A stretch of DNA of 56,920 bases, counting the filler, from Sphacelaria rigidula (taxonomy: Eukaryota), in assembly GCA_964200075.2 (NCBI GenBank). It is 3 parts of 3 records of this genome, joined end to end, with 100 filler letters (N's around TTAATTAATTAA, not from the genome) between each part and the next. Parts side by side here need not be neighbours in the genome. Positions count along the whole stretch, not along the records: positions 19,011 to 37,918 come from CAXNAA020000767.1; positions 38,019 to 56,920 come from CAXNAA020000768.1; 1 more part is not named here. The stretch is one strand, 5' to 3'. The notes under the pieces were generated by a model. That model did no database searches. It was not told where the DNA came from and saw nothing but the letters and a program-made list of their open reading frames with translations. Positions 36,880-48,316 of this stretch are shown one piece after another; the stretch's first letter is position 1, and each line of letters begins with the position of its first letter. Made by a program: the position numbers and the translations under genes.

Positions 36880-37918
36880 TAATATACCGGCTGAAATTCG
36901 GTCCTTGCAGAAGTATGAAAGAGGTATTTCATCATCGTGATTTAGTATGCACACCAAAAATCCCCCACTTCTGAGTATACCCCATAGTGTCTCTCCCTTC
37001 TCCAAAAATAGAATTCCCGTCGTTGTACATATGAGGACGTGAATAATAAAAATCACACCCTGGATTATGACAACTAGATTGTATTGTCAAGAGGTGTACT
37101 GCGTACAGTGCAGTATACTTTTTCACACGTTGAACAACTGACGCCATGTAACTTATTTTCGTACACCCTAGCTGTTGAGATATACTGTATAAGTCAGCGG
37201 TATCTATTTCCACTGGAAGAGCTATATTGTACAACTCAGCGGTACTATTTTCCACCAGCTGCGTTATACAACCCAGCGGTACTCATGAGCTGTCCGCTGT
37301 CCGACCAGTGCACTTATTTGACAATGTATTTCATTGTCGTTATCCGAGGTGTCGAAAGAGGACGTTATTTGATCAGAGACGACGCGATGGAAGTGCTCAT
37401 CCGATATGCGATACCAAAAATTGCAAGGTGTGTACCGGTGGAAAGATGCAGGGGTTGACCCCTTCAAATCACGGGCTCTTCCCGAGGAACGGGAGGGGTT
37501 CGAATTGTGTCAAAAGCAAAGAAAAAGTGGGTGAAGAACACAACATAGATCATGCAGCCATGGTTAGTCAGACTAGTGCGGTGTTGTGCCATTATCCCCC
37601 GTAAAATTAACTCTTTTGGAACTCGCGAAAAACAGTACAAACTTTCATATGCAAGCTTTCGTCACCGGAAAACCGTCACTTGGAGTTCGGGTCATGAATC
37701 TGTCACATTAGTGTATTTGAACTGAGGGTGGTGTACCGTTTGGGTGAGCTGCATCACCAACACTTGCAGAAAAACAGCCATATCGTGCCCCCAAAAACGT
37801 CAATTGTAAATCGTCATTTTTCCATCAGCGGTTCCAACAATGGTACTTTGTGTACTGTCCTAAAGTCATGCTGTATTCCCCCCCCGCAACGCACACCACC
37901 ACCCCCCACCACCACCAC

Positions 37919-38018
37919 NNNNNNNNNNNNNNNNNNNNNNNNNNNNNNNNNNNNNNNNNNNNTTAATTAATTAANNNNNNNNNNNNNNNNNNNNNNNNNN
38001 NNNNNNNNNNNNNNNNNN
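37919..38018. other. Assembly gap linker (N44-TTAATTAATTAA-N44)
   Basis: Same artificial 100-bp spacer as at 18911. Confidence 0.98.
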
Positions 38019-38616
38019 CAAGTGAATATTGATGCCGATTCAGAAGGTGACCTACTCTCGCGGTCTCCCGCGGAGTTCGGGGAGGGAAGATACTTTCGCT
38101 CTATTACTCTTTCGTATCTTCCCTGCAATGGAGAAATGGGACTTCAACCTCATTTCATGTTTTAACCCCAAAAATTAGGATCGGCTGTTAGTAGTCTGAA
38201 CCAGCTATCATGCGCCATATGGTATAGCCGCTTTCTTCTAGAGAGGTTTGGGGCTGGTTTGGTTTGGGGGGGAAGGCCACCGCGTCATCACTCTTCGGGA
38301 TTCTGAAAGCTTCCGACGCAAACATGACAAAGAATCGGCGATATCTTTTTTCTCGGCCTCGAATTCGGAGCCGCCCCCGCCAGCGTTCCCCCTTTGGCCA
38401 ATCCTAAGAATTTTTATTTCAGAAGAAATTTGTGCACCCCTACCGTAGCATCCCTCGATTTCTCATCTTGTGGTGACCTCTCATCGTGCGGAAGCGAATT
38501 GCCACTATCCCTCAGGCAACATTATTATAGTGTATTTCTGACTGCCAACAACACGGGATATTTCGAATTATTATGTTTCCATTTCTTCGCCTACAGATAG
38601 CTATTGACAACTGCTA

Positions 38617-38784
38617 CACGCTATAGAAATTTGGATTTCGATCATCGAAATGTTGGGGTCCTGGTTGAAAAACCAAGTTCGGAACCATTTTGGCGTGCGT
38701 TCGGACGCCCGGAATTCCCCCAAACTGTTTTTTCACTTAGGACCCTAACATTTTGGTGATCGAAATCCAAATTTCTACGGCGTG
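38617..38784. mobile_element. 168-bp Tc1/mariner-like MITE
   Basis: TA|CACGCTATAGAAATTTGGATTTCGATCA..TGATCGAAATCCAAATTTCTACGGCGTG|TA. Confidence 0.85.
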
Positions 38785-39136
38785 TACAGTCGGCATTGCG
38801 AGAACAGAGAACAAACAGTGCGCGAGCAGAGTTCAAAAGTGCAGTGCCGCACATCACTACTTGTCAAGCACAGCGACAGCAGCTAGGAGAGTGCAGTAGC
38901 GTTCGTTATAGTGATACATATGGCAGCGCAGCGCAGTATAAAATATTACTATCGCCGTACGGTATGGCGTCAGCACTTATAATCCGCTTGTCAAACCCCG
39001 TGCGAAGTTGCTTCAGCAGCTGGGGCAGCAGTAGTATGCGCGCCCTGTGCTGTTGCGAGACTGTCTTCTGCTGCCGTTGCAAAAATATCTAACGCCTCGT
39101 ACTCTGGGAGTGTACGTCAATGCACGTACGTCACCA

Positions 39137-39305
39137 CAAAAAAATCGGGGGAGTCACGATCTCGGAACGATGTCCCCCGATTTTTCGGAAAAATCGGGGG
39201 AAAACGTTCCGAGATCGTGACCCCCCGATATTTTTGGCCCCGACTTGGTCCAAATCCGTGTCCATAAAATGCGTTCCCCGACTTTTTGTCCCCCCGATTT
39301 TGAAA
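39137..39305. repeat. ~100-bp palindrome plus repeated CCCCCGATTTT motifs (transposon-end-like)
   Basis: aaaaatcgggggagtcacgatctcggaacg..cccccgatttttc|ggaaaaatcggggg..cgttccgagatcgtgaccccccgat. Confidence 0.75.
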
Positions 39306-39684
39306 AAATCAAGATTTGTGCTTGCCATAAAAGTGGGTCTGAGAAATACGTATTTGGTGAATGTTGTCGCGTCTGAGCTGTAAATAATCAACCATATCTT
39401 GCTCAAAAACCGTCAGTTGCAAATTATCAATTTTCCATTGTGAGTTCAAAAAGGGTTAATATCAATCATGCCACACCCATGCCGGATCTTCCTCTTCTAC
39501 TAATCACATATAACACAATTTCATAACCGATACATACATCAAATCTCCGGCTGAACCTCTTGGTAGGAGTCATTACCTTGACCATCTCCCAAATTAAATG
39601 AATTCCTTTCCACGCCTATCGTGGAGGACGGGGCCGCCGTGAGATTGAGAGTAGATGATACGATTGAGAGTGAGAAGCGGTCAA

Positions 39685-41589
39685 TTACTTGGTGAGCATT
39701 TGCAGTTCCGAAATGCCCCTCCATGAGGCCCGATATGCTTCCTGCAGTTTCTTGCCACTGAAGCCCTTGATATCCTTGAGTAGGATATCGACGTGTAGCT
39801 GTAGGCACACGCAAGCTTTACACTGCTTGCCGTCTGTGTGTGAGACTGCCCAACCGCAGAAGTGAGGCCTTGGGCGGTAGTGTCTGCTTACTGCACAGCG
39901 GCAGGGTGAAGGGTGAGATAGCACACCGTAGCGCGTGACATCCTTAGCTCATCCCTGTGCCGTTCAATTCTCCGCTGTCTTATGCAGTTCGCCACAACAT
40001 GAACGCCATGTGTACGTGGGATACCACCCCTCGCTACGCCACATGTTGTACAGCTATTCGTGTTGCAGCTAAGCGTGCGTTTTCCCTACGAGACGCAAGC
40101 AGAAGTAAAAGGCTGCCTCCGCCGCTATAATGGCTGCCGGTATCTTGGGCTAAGCTGTATGGTAAAACAACCGTTACGGCGCGAAAGCTGGCTGTAACAT
40201 TTCACACCGTGGAGATTTCCTACTGTCTCAAAGTGTACTGCGTGCACTACCGACTACTGCGCAAGTTGCAGGAGGCAATATATTCTATACTGTGCGCGGT
40301 ACTTCTTGACATTGTATACTGACTGCAGAAAGCTCTCGTCCAGGGTGTGGTACATTTCCACATACGGTATAATGTTGCACGGTGATATCGTGAAATAATC
40401 TGCAACACACGGGCGAAGTGAACGTGGGGCAATCACCAAAATATTCACGTGCGAATCCCCTCCGCTGTACTCTAAGTTAATACAGCTAGGAGAATACCAC
40501 TACAACCACATTGCTGGCTGCCAGCCTGCCAGCACACTATATCCGGAAGTTGTGGCACTGTCTGCAAGGGGACGTTGCCCCCTTGCCAGGTACGCCAGCA
40601 AGAGTCCGTGGCAGAACCCACGGGTCACTCGAGAGGAGCTTGACCTGAACCTGTCGAGCGACTTGGAGCGGGAACGTTCAGCGCCCATCCCCCAGATATA
40701 TAACGTGGCCTAGACGATGCTTCCTTGCTGGTTTTTTTTCGAGCGTTCATCCAGAGGTGGGCGAAGATTTTTGATGAGCCCGGCAGGATCCGTTGCGGCC
40801 TGCGTGCCCGACTAACACCGTACCCAGTATAATCGTCATCAGACAGCAAGTGCTCTAAAAAAAACACTGGCACTGCTGGTATCCACTGTTTCAATTCAGA
40901 CCAGGCCCTCAGTGCCTTGCACAGCTACAGCTGTGACTGTGACACGATACTGTAGTACCAATCTACACATCCTCCAAGTTTCGGCGTCATCACAAGCGAG
41001 GTGCGGATTATCTTGACGCCCAACCTTCCAAAACACCGCCTCCATATTATGGAAAAGGAACAACGCTGAAATGTCAGAAGCAACCTCAGCAAGGAGTTTG
41101 ATCCTCGCGGAGGCAGGATGCAGATGCGAGGCAGTTGCATTTCAACAACTTGGCACTGACAAGGGAGTGCGTGTTTCCATCTCGCCCGCGCGCTGTTGTG
41201 TCCGTACATCGATAGTCTACTACAGTATATAGCTACGGACCCGGTTGACAAAATCCATGGTTGAACAAGCACTTGCTTTTAGTTTATTTTAGTGTACTGT
41301 ACGTAGATCGCATTAATTCACACACGGATCTTCGGGAGCTTCGTACAGCCCTAAGGACCCACAGCGTGCGCACAATGCGTTTTTGGGTAGGTTAGTAGGT
41401 TATCATATTCAAATACCTTGATCTGCCGCAGTACAGACTATGCGTAAGCTCTACTCTATGTGACTGCTGGAGCTCCCTGTGCAGGTCAAGAGCCCAAGAA
41501 CTTCAGCCCAAAGACGACCATCTTATTGTTGTTAGATTTGAACAGGTGCAACTGGCCGCGCATTTGCAAGACCCACGACTCACCGACAT
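39685..41589 (-). pseudogene. Small spliced gene, LYR-motif/FMC1-like; 5' part degenerate
   Basis: gccATG TCG|GTGAGT at 41589-41584. Exon 41476-41417 reads GAPAVT*SRAYA*SVLRQIK. Exons 41192-41161, 41103-41025 and 39798-39685 splice in frame through GT-AG introns to give RAGEMETRTPL-IKLLAEVASDISALFLFHNMEAVFWK-LHVDILLKDIKGFSGKKLQEAYRASWRGISELQMLTK*. Confidence 0.4.
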
Positions 41590-41942
41590 GGCAAGCACCG
41601 GAAGTCAATTCCAAACACAACGTTTGCAGAGAAGCTCGGGGAGCCAACCAAGCGTGGACAAAGGGCGGATGAAGACAGGGTGAGGTGGCAATGTAGGTTG
41701 TGGCGCAGTTGTACTTCCTCAGTACTGTACTGTACTGTACTGTACTGTGCACTGCTTTGATGCCGTAGATTCCTACGGATCCGGCCCGCTATCGAAGAAG
41801 CTTCTTTACGGCGGGCCGGGTCTATCTTCATTCTGTGACATGTTGAGGTCCGCCCGAAACTGCCATATCCTCCGACGAGACGTACTGCTTATCCTTCGGC
41901 TGCTCGTCAACCCTGTGGCCGGCGTAGGAACGACTTGTCGAC

Positions 41943-44900
41943 ATGGCTGTGGCACTTGGTGACACGTTCTTAACAGAAGGGAGGCCGATGAACCTCCCCG
42001 AGCCAGAGGCTATGACGAGATGCCGAGAAGAACACGCCCGACTTCAAACTGTGGTATTTTCACTTAACCAGAAAATATCTCAAGTGTTGGCCAAGCAAGA
42101 AGGCGACTTCTTGGCGGCCTACCGAGCACACATGTACACAGTTCAAAAGGAGCTGCAAACGCTTCGCCTGCGGGTCGTAGAAGCAGAGAACGTTCTGCAG
42201 GTGGGTCCATCGAAAAGAGAGCGATGTCTGTACATGAAGTACAAGGAGTAGGCAGTTCACGTCGAAACGCAACAATAAGGCTTGATGTTTTTTCGGAATA
42301 GTAACATAAGGCCGTGTCTTATCGAGACCAAAAAATGGAACGGGAAGAGGAACAAACGTTTGACCCTTACGTCGTAGAGGTCACCTGCTGAATGGGCATC
42401 AATTTTCACTTGAAAAAATTATTAGTGATCCGGACGGACTCCCCGCACCGCGATCGAAGGGATCAAGGCAGGCAGAATGTTGATTTGAAATGCCTGTTCC
42501 TTTTCCCGCTCCATTTTTGGTCTCGATAAGAAACGGCCTAATGCTCTCTCCATGAAAATAGAAAATGATACTCGTACTGAACTAAGTATAAATCCACACG
42601 AGACTGCCTTGACAGGATACCCGGAAAAACTCAGTAGAGTTTACCACTCGGTAATTGACAGATAGTTCTCGGAAATTTCCGGTTTGTTGACAGGTGCAGT
42701 ATTGGATTTCAGTGTGAAAACCGAAATCCGGATCTTTGGAGGGGGTTACGCTCCTGGCGTGCTCCTAGCGTGCGCAGAACGCGTATTTGTCTAAATCGGC
42801 GCCTGGAGCGCCGATTTGAGGTCTGGTAACGCACACTTCACCTTAGAAACACGTTGCACCCCCCTTGCCCGAGGGTTCTCGGTATGTCTTCGTTGGGGTT
42901 AGGGTTAGGGTTAGGGTTAGGGATAGTGTTGTTTGAAATGCATCAGCACCCGCACACACCATAAATTTTCGAGAACCAACTACAGTATCTGTCAATTACC
43001 GAGTGGTGAACTCGCCTCGCAAAACTATCATTTGTTACTCCGGAGTATTTGCTATATTGTCTTTCCCTTGCTCAAAAAAATTAATCAACCATCCAACCAT
43101 CCAACCATCCATCCTCAAACAATCTTTAATTTATTTAATTAATATATATAATACATATATATATCTTTACAGTACTTTACTTTGTCAGACGCCGACTGAG
43201 TGGAAATATGATAATAGCAAGTGGAAATATATCGTAAAACCCAAGTAAAACCCTTGAAAGACCGCAGATGGACTTGAGTCTCAATGTCATTTTTAAAGTG
43301 ATCATGATGCCGATTCAACAGATGAAACACCTGGGCGATCAAAACCGTTGACTCTCCAGGTTCTGCGACGAGGTTCTGGGACGTCCCCTAACCCTGTTGA
43401 CCCTATAACCCAGGGTTAGGGTTTTGTACCGCTGCGCCCCGGTGGCGTAATGGTCCGACTGTCGCCATTAGGGTGGAGAGAACGGGGGTTCGATTCCCGA
43501 CGCGTTGGGTTTTTTCTTCGTAATGTATTATTTCCACCGTGGAAAGGGTGGGAACGTGAGTAAACAAAGTAGTCGATTGAATTTGTGTACCGTGAGTTGA
43601 CGCGGTGCGGGAGTGCTGACCCAATCCGCGAGACCAAAATGAAAGGCACGTACTGGGGGAGAGAGACATGAGTTGGTCCCTCGAGACCACGGACTCATCC
43701 CGAGGAAGGGGAGGGGTTCAAATGTGAGGAAAAACACAAAACAAAACAAAGCTGCAGTGGGTATTAACCCTACCCCTGTTATGTTTCCCAAGGCTGCAGT
43801 GGGTATCACCACTTGGTACTAGAGGAACTTTCGCGGAATATTCTTGATTGATTTTAGTCTCAACACCGCTTTGCAGATTTTTGGTGGCGCTGACAGTCCC
43901 GAGCGCTCCTACGTGCGCAGAACGCGCTTTTATCCAACTCGGCGCAGCAGCAATTGAGTTGAGCGGTTGGTTTTATCATATGAAGCAATGTATCTCCTAC
44001 GAAGTCAGCCATGGTCGCAAGATGAGGCATGCCCCAAGGGAATTAGACAGCAACACCTGCTAAAGAAAAGGCTAGTTGGAAAAGCACAACACGAACAAAA
44101 GATCGAAAAAAAGGGAACGAAAACAATGATAGGAAGGAAGGAAGAGAAACGAAAGTAGAGTTACCGACAGAGGCGTTGGACAGACGCCCTCCGGGACTTC
44201 GGACATGACGTCGTACCACCATAGCCATAGGAGGTTTGCAAGTCAGCTATCCGGAAGTTGCACTACTATGCACGGACTTTCAGTCGCTATATCTGTCAAA
44301 AGACGCCACAAGCACCGACAAGTGCGCGTATACTGTAGGGGTATATCCTTGTGAGATTGCCTTACAGGCGTGGCTCGCTCCTTTCGCTGATGGCAGAAAA
44401 ACGACAAGGTGCAAAAGCTCGAAGATGAGTGCGATTGGTACCGAAAAGAAGCGCTCAGACTGGACAGCTTCAACACAGCGATGAAGAAAGACCTCAAGTA
44501 CATGAAAGGAAAGCTAGAAATACTGGGTAAGCTGTCGAAGAAAAGAACGTGGCATGCTTCCGTGGTACCTCGTTATTGTCACCATAACGTCAGCGAACGA
44601 AGATTGTTCATGCACACACCACGAAAGTCAGCCCAGACTTGAGAAATTCTACCAAGTGGTTGTATTGCTGTCGCATAGCAGCTTGTTTGGAATCTATGCG
44701 GTTGGAGCCTTTATGTCTCAATCATGTCTCGTAGGCGAGTTGCGGATGATTTCTTCGCCTGTGCGACTTGCGTTGTTCGAGTGAACGAGCACGAACAAAG
44801 TTTTTTAATCCTGTCCAAGCGATGAACCACGAGGAATGCATGCTGCTGACGAGGTCCAATTTTCAGAGGTATATAACGTAACGCTCTAACGCTCTAACGC

Positions 44901-46674
44901 TTTCCTGCGTGGACGCACGCTGGTTCCGTCGAACAGAGGACGATCGGAATTGGCTAGCGCGGCAGCTCAAGGCGAGCAAAAAGCAGGACAAGATTCTCAG
45001 AGCCGGTGAGTGTGGAGTTGAGGGCTCGCAATTAGAGCTCTACGAAAACGGCTCAGCGAAGGTATCTGTACATGCATTTGACTTGTGGCTCAGAACAGGC
45101 CGTACTAATCATTCGACGGCGTACCGCATGAATGACACGCGGGAATTTGGACGTTTCATGTAGTGCCGCACTAATCACGAGCCCAGAATATGTACCAGTC
45201 ACAATTTGTATACGAATCGTATGATCGATTCGTGAAAAAGTTGACCGGGAAAAATCACGATTGCACTCGTCTCATGTATCCAACCGTTTTGTCCTTTTCT
45301 CAAACATGCGTAGGAGGGATGTTAGTTGTCGTTATGTCCGGCGTACGAAGGACGATGCCCCTCAGGACAGGAGATGTATCACCAAAACCACAATGCCTCA
45401 CCGTTTTGATTTATGACAACCTCCTATATCGCTCCCGCCCGGAGAAGAATCATTTCATCCCCTGCGTACATTTTGCTCACGGGGTGTCATCTACCGTTTT
45501 TCTGCCTGTCGCTCATGAATGACAACGCCCCCTAGGGATGGAAGATGTATCTCTAGAACACCTATCGTGTAGCTATACTGTGCTCCTGTATATTCGATTG
45601 GCCAGACGGTCGTTTACTTTTCGCCACATTTTTCCGGGTATAGGTCGGAAATATTCAAGACTCGTCGGTCGAAATCGTCGAACCTTCATCTGGCGCTTGC
45701 AATACGTTGAATTTAACTTTTCGCATGTACACAATTGTCATTTTCCATTCGTTTTCAAAATTCCCGCCTCGGATTCGGAGCCTTTATCGACCTTCCAGTC
45801 GGATTACGTTATTTTTCATTTTGAGTAAGATTTCCCGGTGCACGGCACTGACCTGACTGATCGTGAATTTGCCCCTGTGTCTTGTCATACTACTCCTACT
45901 GAGGATCGACAACACTGCCCAGCCTCTTCGATCACGGGGGATAAAACCCCAGGACGTATGTGATGACGGTACATATTGTAGTACTCCCCGAGAGTATCAT
46001 TTGTCACACCCGTAAGTACCCAGCTGGCCAGCCTGTGTCTCCCGAACCCTTGTCTATCCAACCTACCGGTATTTTCTCATACCGAGGATAACACTCGGTA
46101 TAAGGCTTTTTGTGATTCCGGGGCATAACACCCTCAGGGATTTTGTGCCTACGGGCGATAGTAGGTGACTGGGATATAGCACCCTCCCCTCTCCCCAACT
46201 TACCTTTATTTTCATACTGAGTGTAAAACTTGCTCAGTTTTTTCTCAGTAATGGACGATGACGCCCCCAGGCAATGCAACTGCGCGATTTTTGCTTTTTT
46301 TTAGAACCGCGAACGAGAAATTTGTTCTGCATGTTGTCAAAACCGAATCATGACAATTTATGGGCCGCTGCAATTGCCACTGCTACTGGACAAGGTCGCA
46401 GATGAGTTCTCATCTGCCGAGCTACTCAAACAATAAGGTATGGCCCTCGACTATGGAAATACTTTCTTGCAGAGTTGGGACTGAGGACAGAGGTGACGGA
46501 GGAGCCGGGTCGAGCTGTCACAGCTGAATTGAACGACAGATCTGGTCCTTATAGTGGCCAGGGTCACCAGATGCTGACGGGAGTGATGGGCGCCCTTGAC
46601 AGGGTACGACGAGAACCGCACACGGCAAGCTCACCGGCACTTCTGCAGGCTGAGCCAATGCGAATGTTTCGCGG
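41943..46674 (+). CDS. Uncharacterised coiled-coil protein, probably partial: join(41943..42200,44397..44526,44937..45005,46473..46674)
   Basis: Four exons with consistent phases (0,1,1) and canonical sites (GTGGGT/CAG, GTAAGC/CAG, GTGAGT/CAG). The heptad-rich product includes LNQKISQVLAKQEGDFLAAYRAHMYTVQKELQTLR..KNDKVQKLEDECDWYRKEALRLD..LEEDDRNWLARQLKASKKQDKILRAE. Exon 4 is followed by a strong donor GTGAGT; the alternative is a stop at 46676-46678. Confidence 0.8.
42310..42538. mobile_element. PIF/Harbinger (Tourist)-like MITE with a nested piggyBac-like MITE (42364-42461)
   Basis: TAA|GGCCGTGTCTTATCGAGACCAAAAA..TTTTTGGTCTCGATAAGAAACGGCC|TAA; ~46-bp TIRs and a 3-bp TAA TSD. Confidence 0.85.
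42637..43013. mobile_element. TIR element carrying a (TTAGGG)4 tract
   Basis: 28-bp TIRs gagtttaccactcggtaattgacagata / tatctgtcaattaccgagtggtgaactc; TTAGGG x4 at 42899-42922. Confidence 0.75.
43436..43750 (+). mobile_element. tRNA-derived SINE, family B (full length)
   Basis: A box TGGCGTAATGG, B box GGTTCGATTCC, (CAAAA)n tail and a possible GCTGC TSD (43431-43435 / 43751-43755). Confidence 0.85.
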
Positions 46675-46840
46675 GTGAGTTGGTTGAGATTGCTGCCTTT
46701 AGCTGCAATGAACGAGGCGACTTGGCGCTTTATTATTCATACATTGCGGCTGGCATTACACATGACTTCCGGTAGACTGGGCTGACTGATGACGGCAATC
46801 ATCCAGGTGGAGGTACTACAAATCCTTCTTTATGTCCCCT

Positions 46841-47278
46841 TGTTATGGAAATGTTAGCTCATGTCCATGTACTAGTCAATGTTCAGTTCCGTAGCACTGC
46901 TGTTGTAGCATAGTACATCTTGTCGGTCTAATACGTGTCGGTTTGTGAGTAACGTGTGATATGCGGAGGAACTACTTTGCTGTGTTCTATCGCGGAGGTC
47001 CCTCCAACTCCTCCTTCTCCTCCTCCCTGCTGATCTTACTACTGTCCTGTCTTCCAAGGACAGCTCCGTCTTCTGGGCTTTGGGGTACTCTGTGATTTAT
47101 ATCTATGTGTGTGTTGGCCACCTAAGCGCCACTTTCAACATCATATCATCATCTCTGCTACACAGAAGCATCATCCTGCTTCTCTTCGGCTCTCCACTGC
47201 CGAGTGTCCCGTACCTCGACTAACCTCGAGAGGCACAGCCTCTGCCACGGTGCCAAGGTACTAAAAGTTAACACAATA
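46841..47278 (+). repeat. LTR1 (438 bp)
   Basis: TGTTATGGAA..ACACAATA, followed directly by the PBS. Confidence 0.92.
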
Positions 47279-47289
47279 GGTTATGAGCC
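47279..47289 (+). promoter_or_regulatory. Primer-binding site complementary to the internal (anticodon-arm) part of initiator tRNA-Met
   Basis: GGTTATGAGCC is the reverse complement of GGCTCATAACC. A mutated copy, GGTTATGAAAGCC, lies at 53870-53882. Confidence 0.8.
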
Positions 47290-48316
47290 TCAAGTGTGGC
47301 GGCAAGTGGAGATTTTTGGTGAACGCGACCGGCTGCCGTCGCGTGCTGCTGTTGTGCACACACAACATCTTCGATTCACGGAGTGGTTAGCTGGAGGCAG
47401 CTTTTCTGCTGGGGCCAGTTTTTCTGCTGGAGATTGGACGCGGAGTCAACCCGCTTGTCATCGAGCCCGGACTGATCACCTGGGTTCACGGCTGCACATT
47501 CGGTACACTGCTGTTTTGTGTAAGGCATTCGGGGTGCATAACTTCTAGGCGTTGACTCCGGTTGGCGAATAGAGTTGTGCAACGTTTGGTAGGCCACGTG
47601 CGGAGACCTGAGTACGCGACCGACATCCAAACAGCCTGCGCGTTGTTTATCGCGGGGCGAAGTCTTTCCAAGATATCTTCCACGTGCTGAGTGCCGTCTC
47701 GGTAGCGTGTGTATAGGCTGAGGAACTGACTTCACAGGCTGGCATTTCACTTTGCTGCAGCTACCTTCAAACCTGGCGTGAGCTGCTTCACATCAGTCGC
47801 CTGCGCGTGGTATACGCGAGGTGGAGTTGTCCAAGATACCTTCCGCGTGCTTTGTCCGGCCCGTGGGTAGGTTGAGGTATCCAAGATATCTTTAGTGATT
47901 GAGGATAACACTCGGCCTGTTAGCATATTGCTGCAGCCAAAAGGCTGCACTGAAAGACGTGTAGCAACCTAAGCAGTTGCACCTGACCCGTGTAATTTCA
48001 GGCCGTGGCCGGAGTTGGTATCTCCGTCGCCAAAACACCGCAGCTTAACCAACTGCGGTAGGTCTGAACTGTGTTTTTGTCGAGCGCAGGAGTCTGGGCG
48101 GACGCTGGAAGAGCATCCGACGGACAAGGGTTGTAGGCTTCCGAGCTGCAATCTGACACGCACTACGCTGCGTACAGCACTATTATTCCCCTGCACTGCT
48201 TTTGCGCGTCGAGCCTTTTTTTGGTATTCGGGATGTTACAGGCGTGCACACGGTCTGCGCGTTTCGCGCGTTGAACCAGTTGGTCGACTTCACAGCCGTG
48301 TGAGGACTACGAAACC

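Noticed and set aside
41140..41150. In-frame TGT-TGA (Cys-Sec-like) on the - strand suggesting a selenoprotein
   Set aside because: The TGA lies inside a plausible 57-nt GT-AG intron (41160-41104), and I could not identify a SECIS element.
41417..41476. In-frame TAG codons suggesting stop-codon reassignment
   Set aside because: The intact ferredoxin gene terminates with TAG and the other relics contain frameshifts too; decay explains the pattern better.
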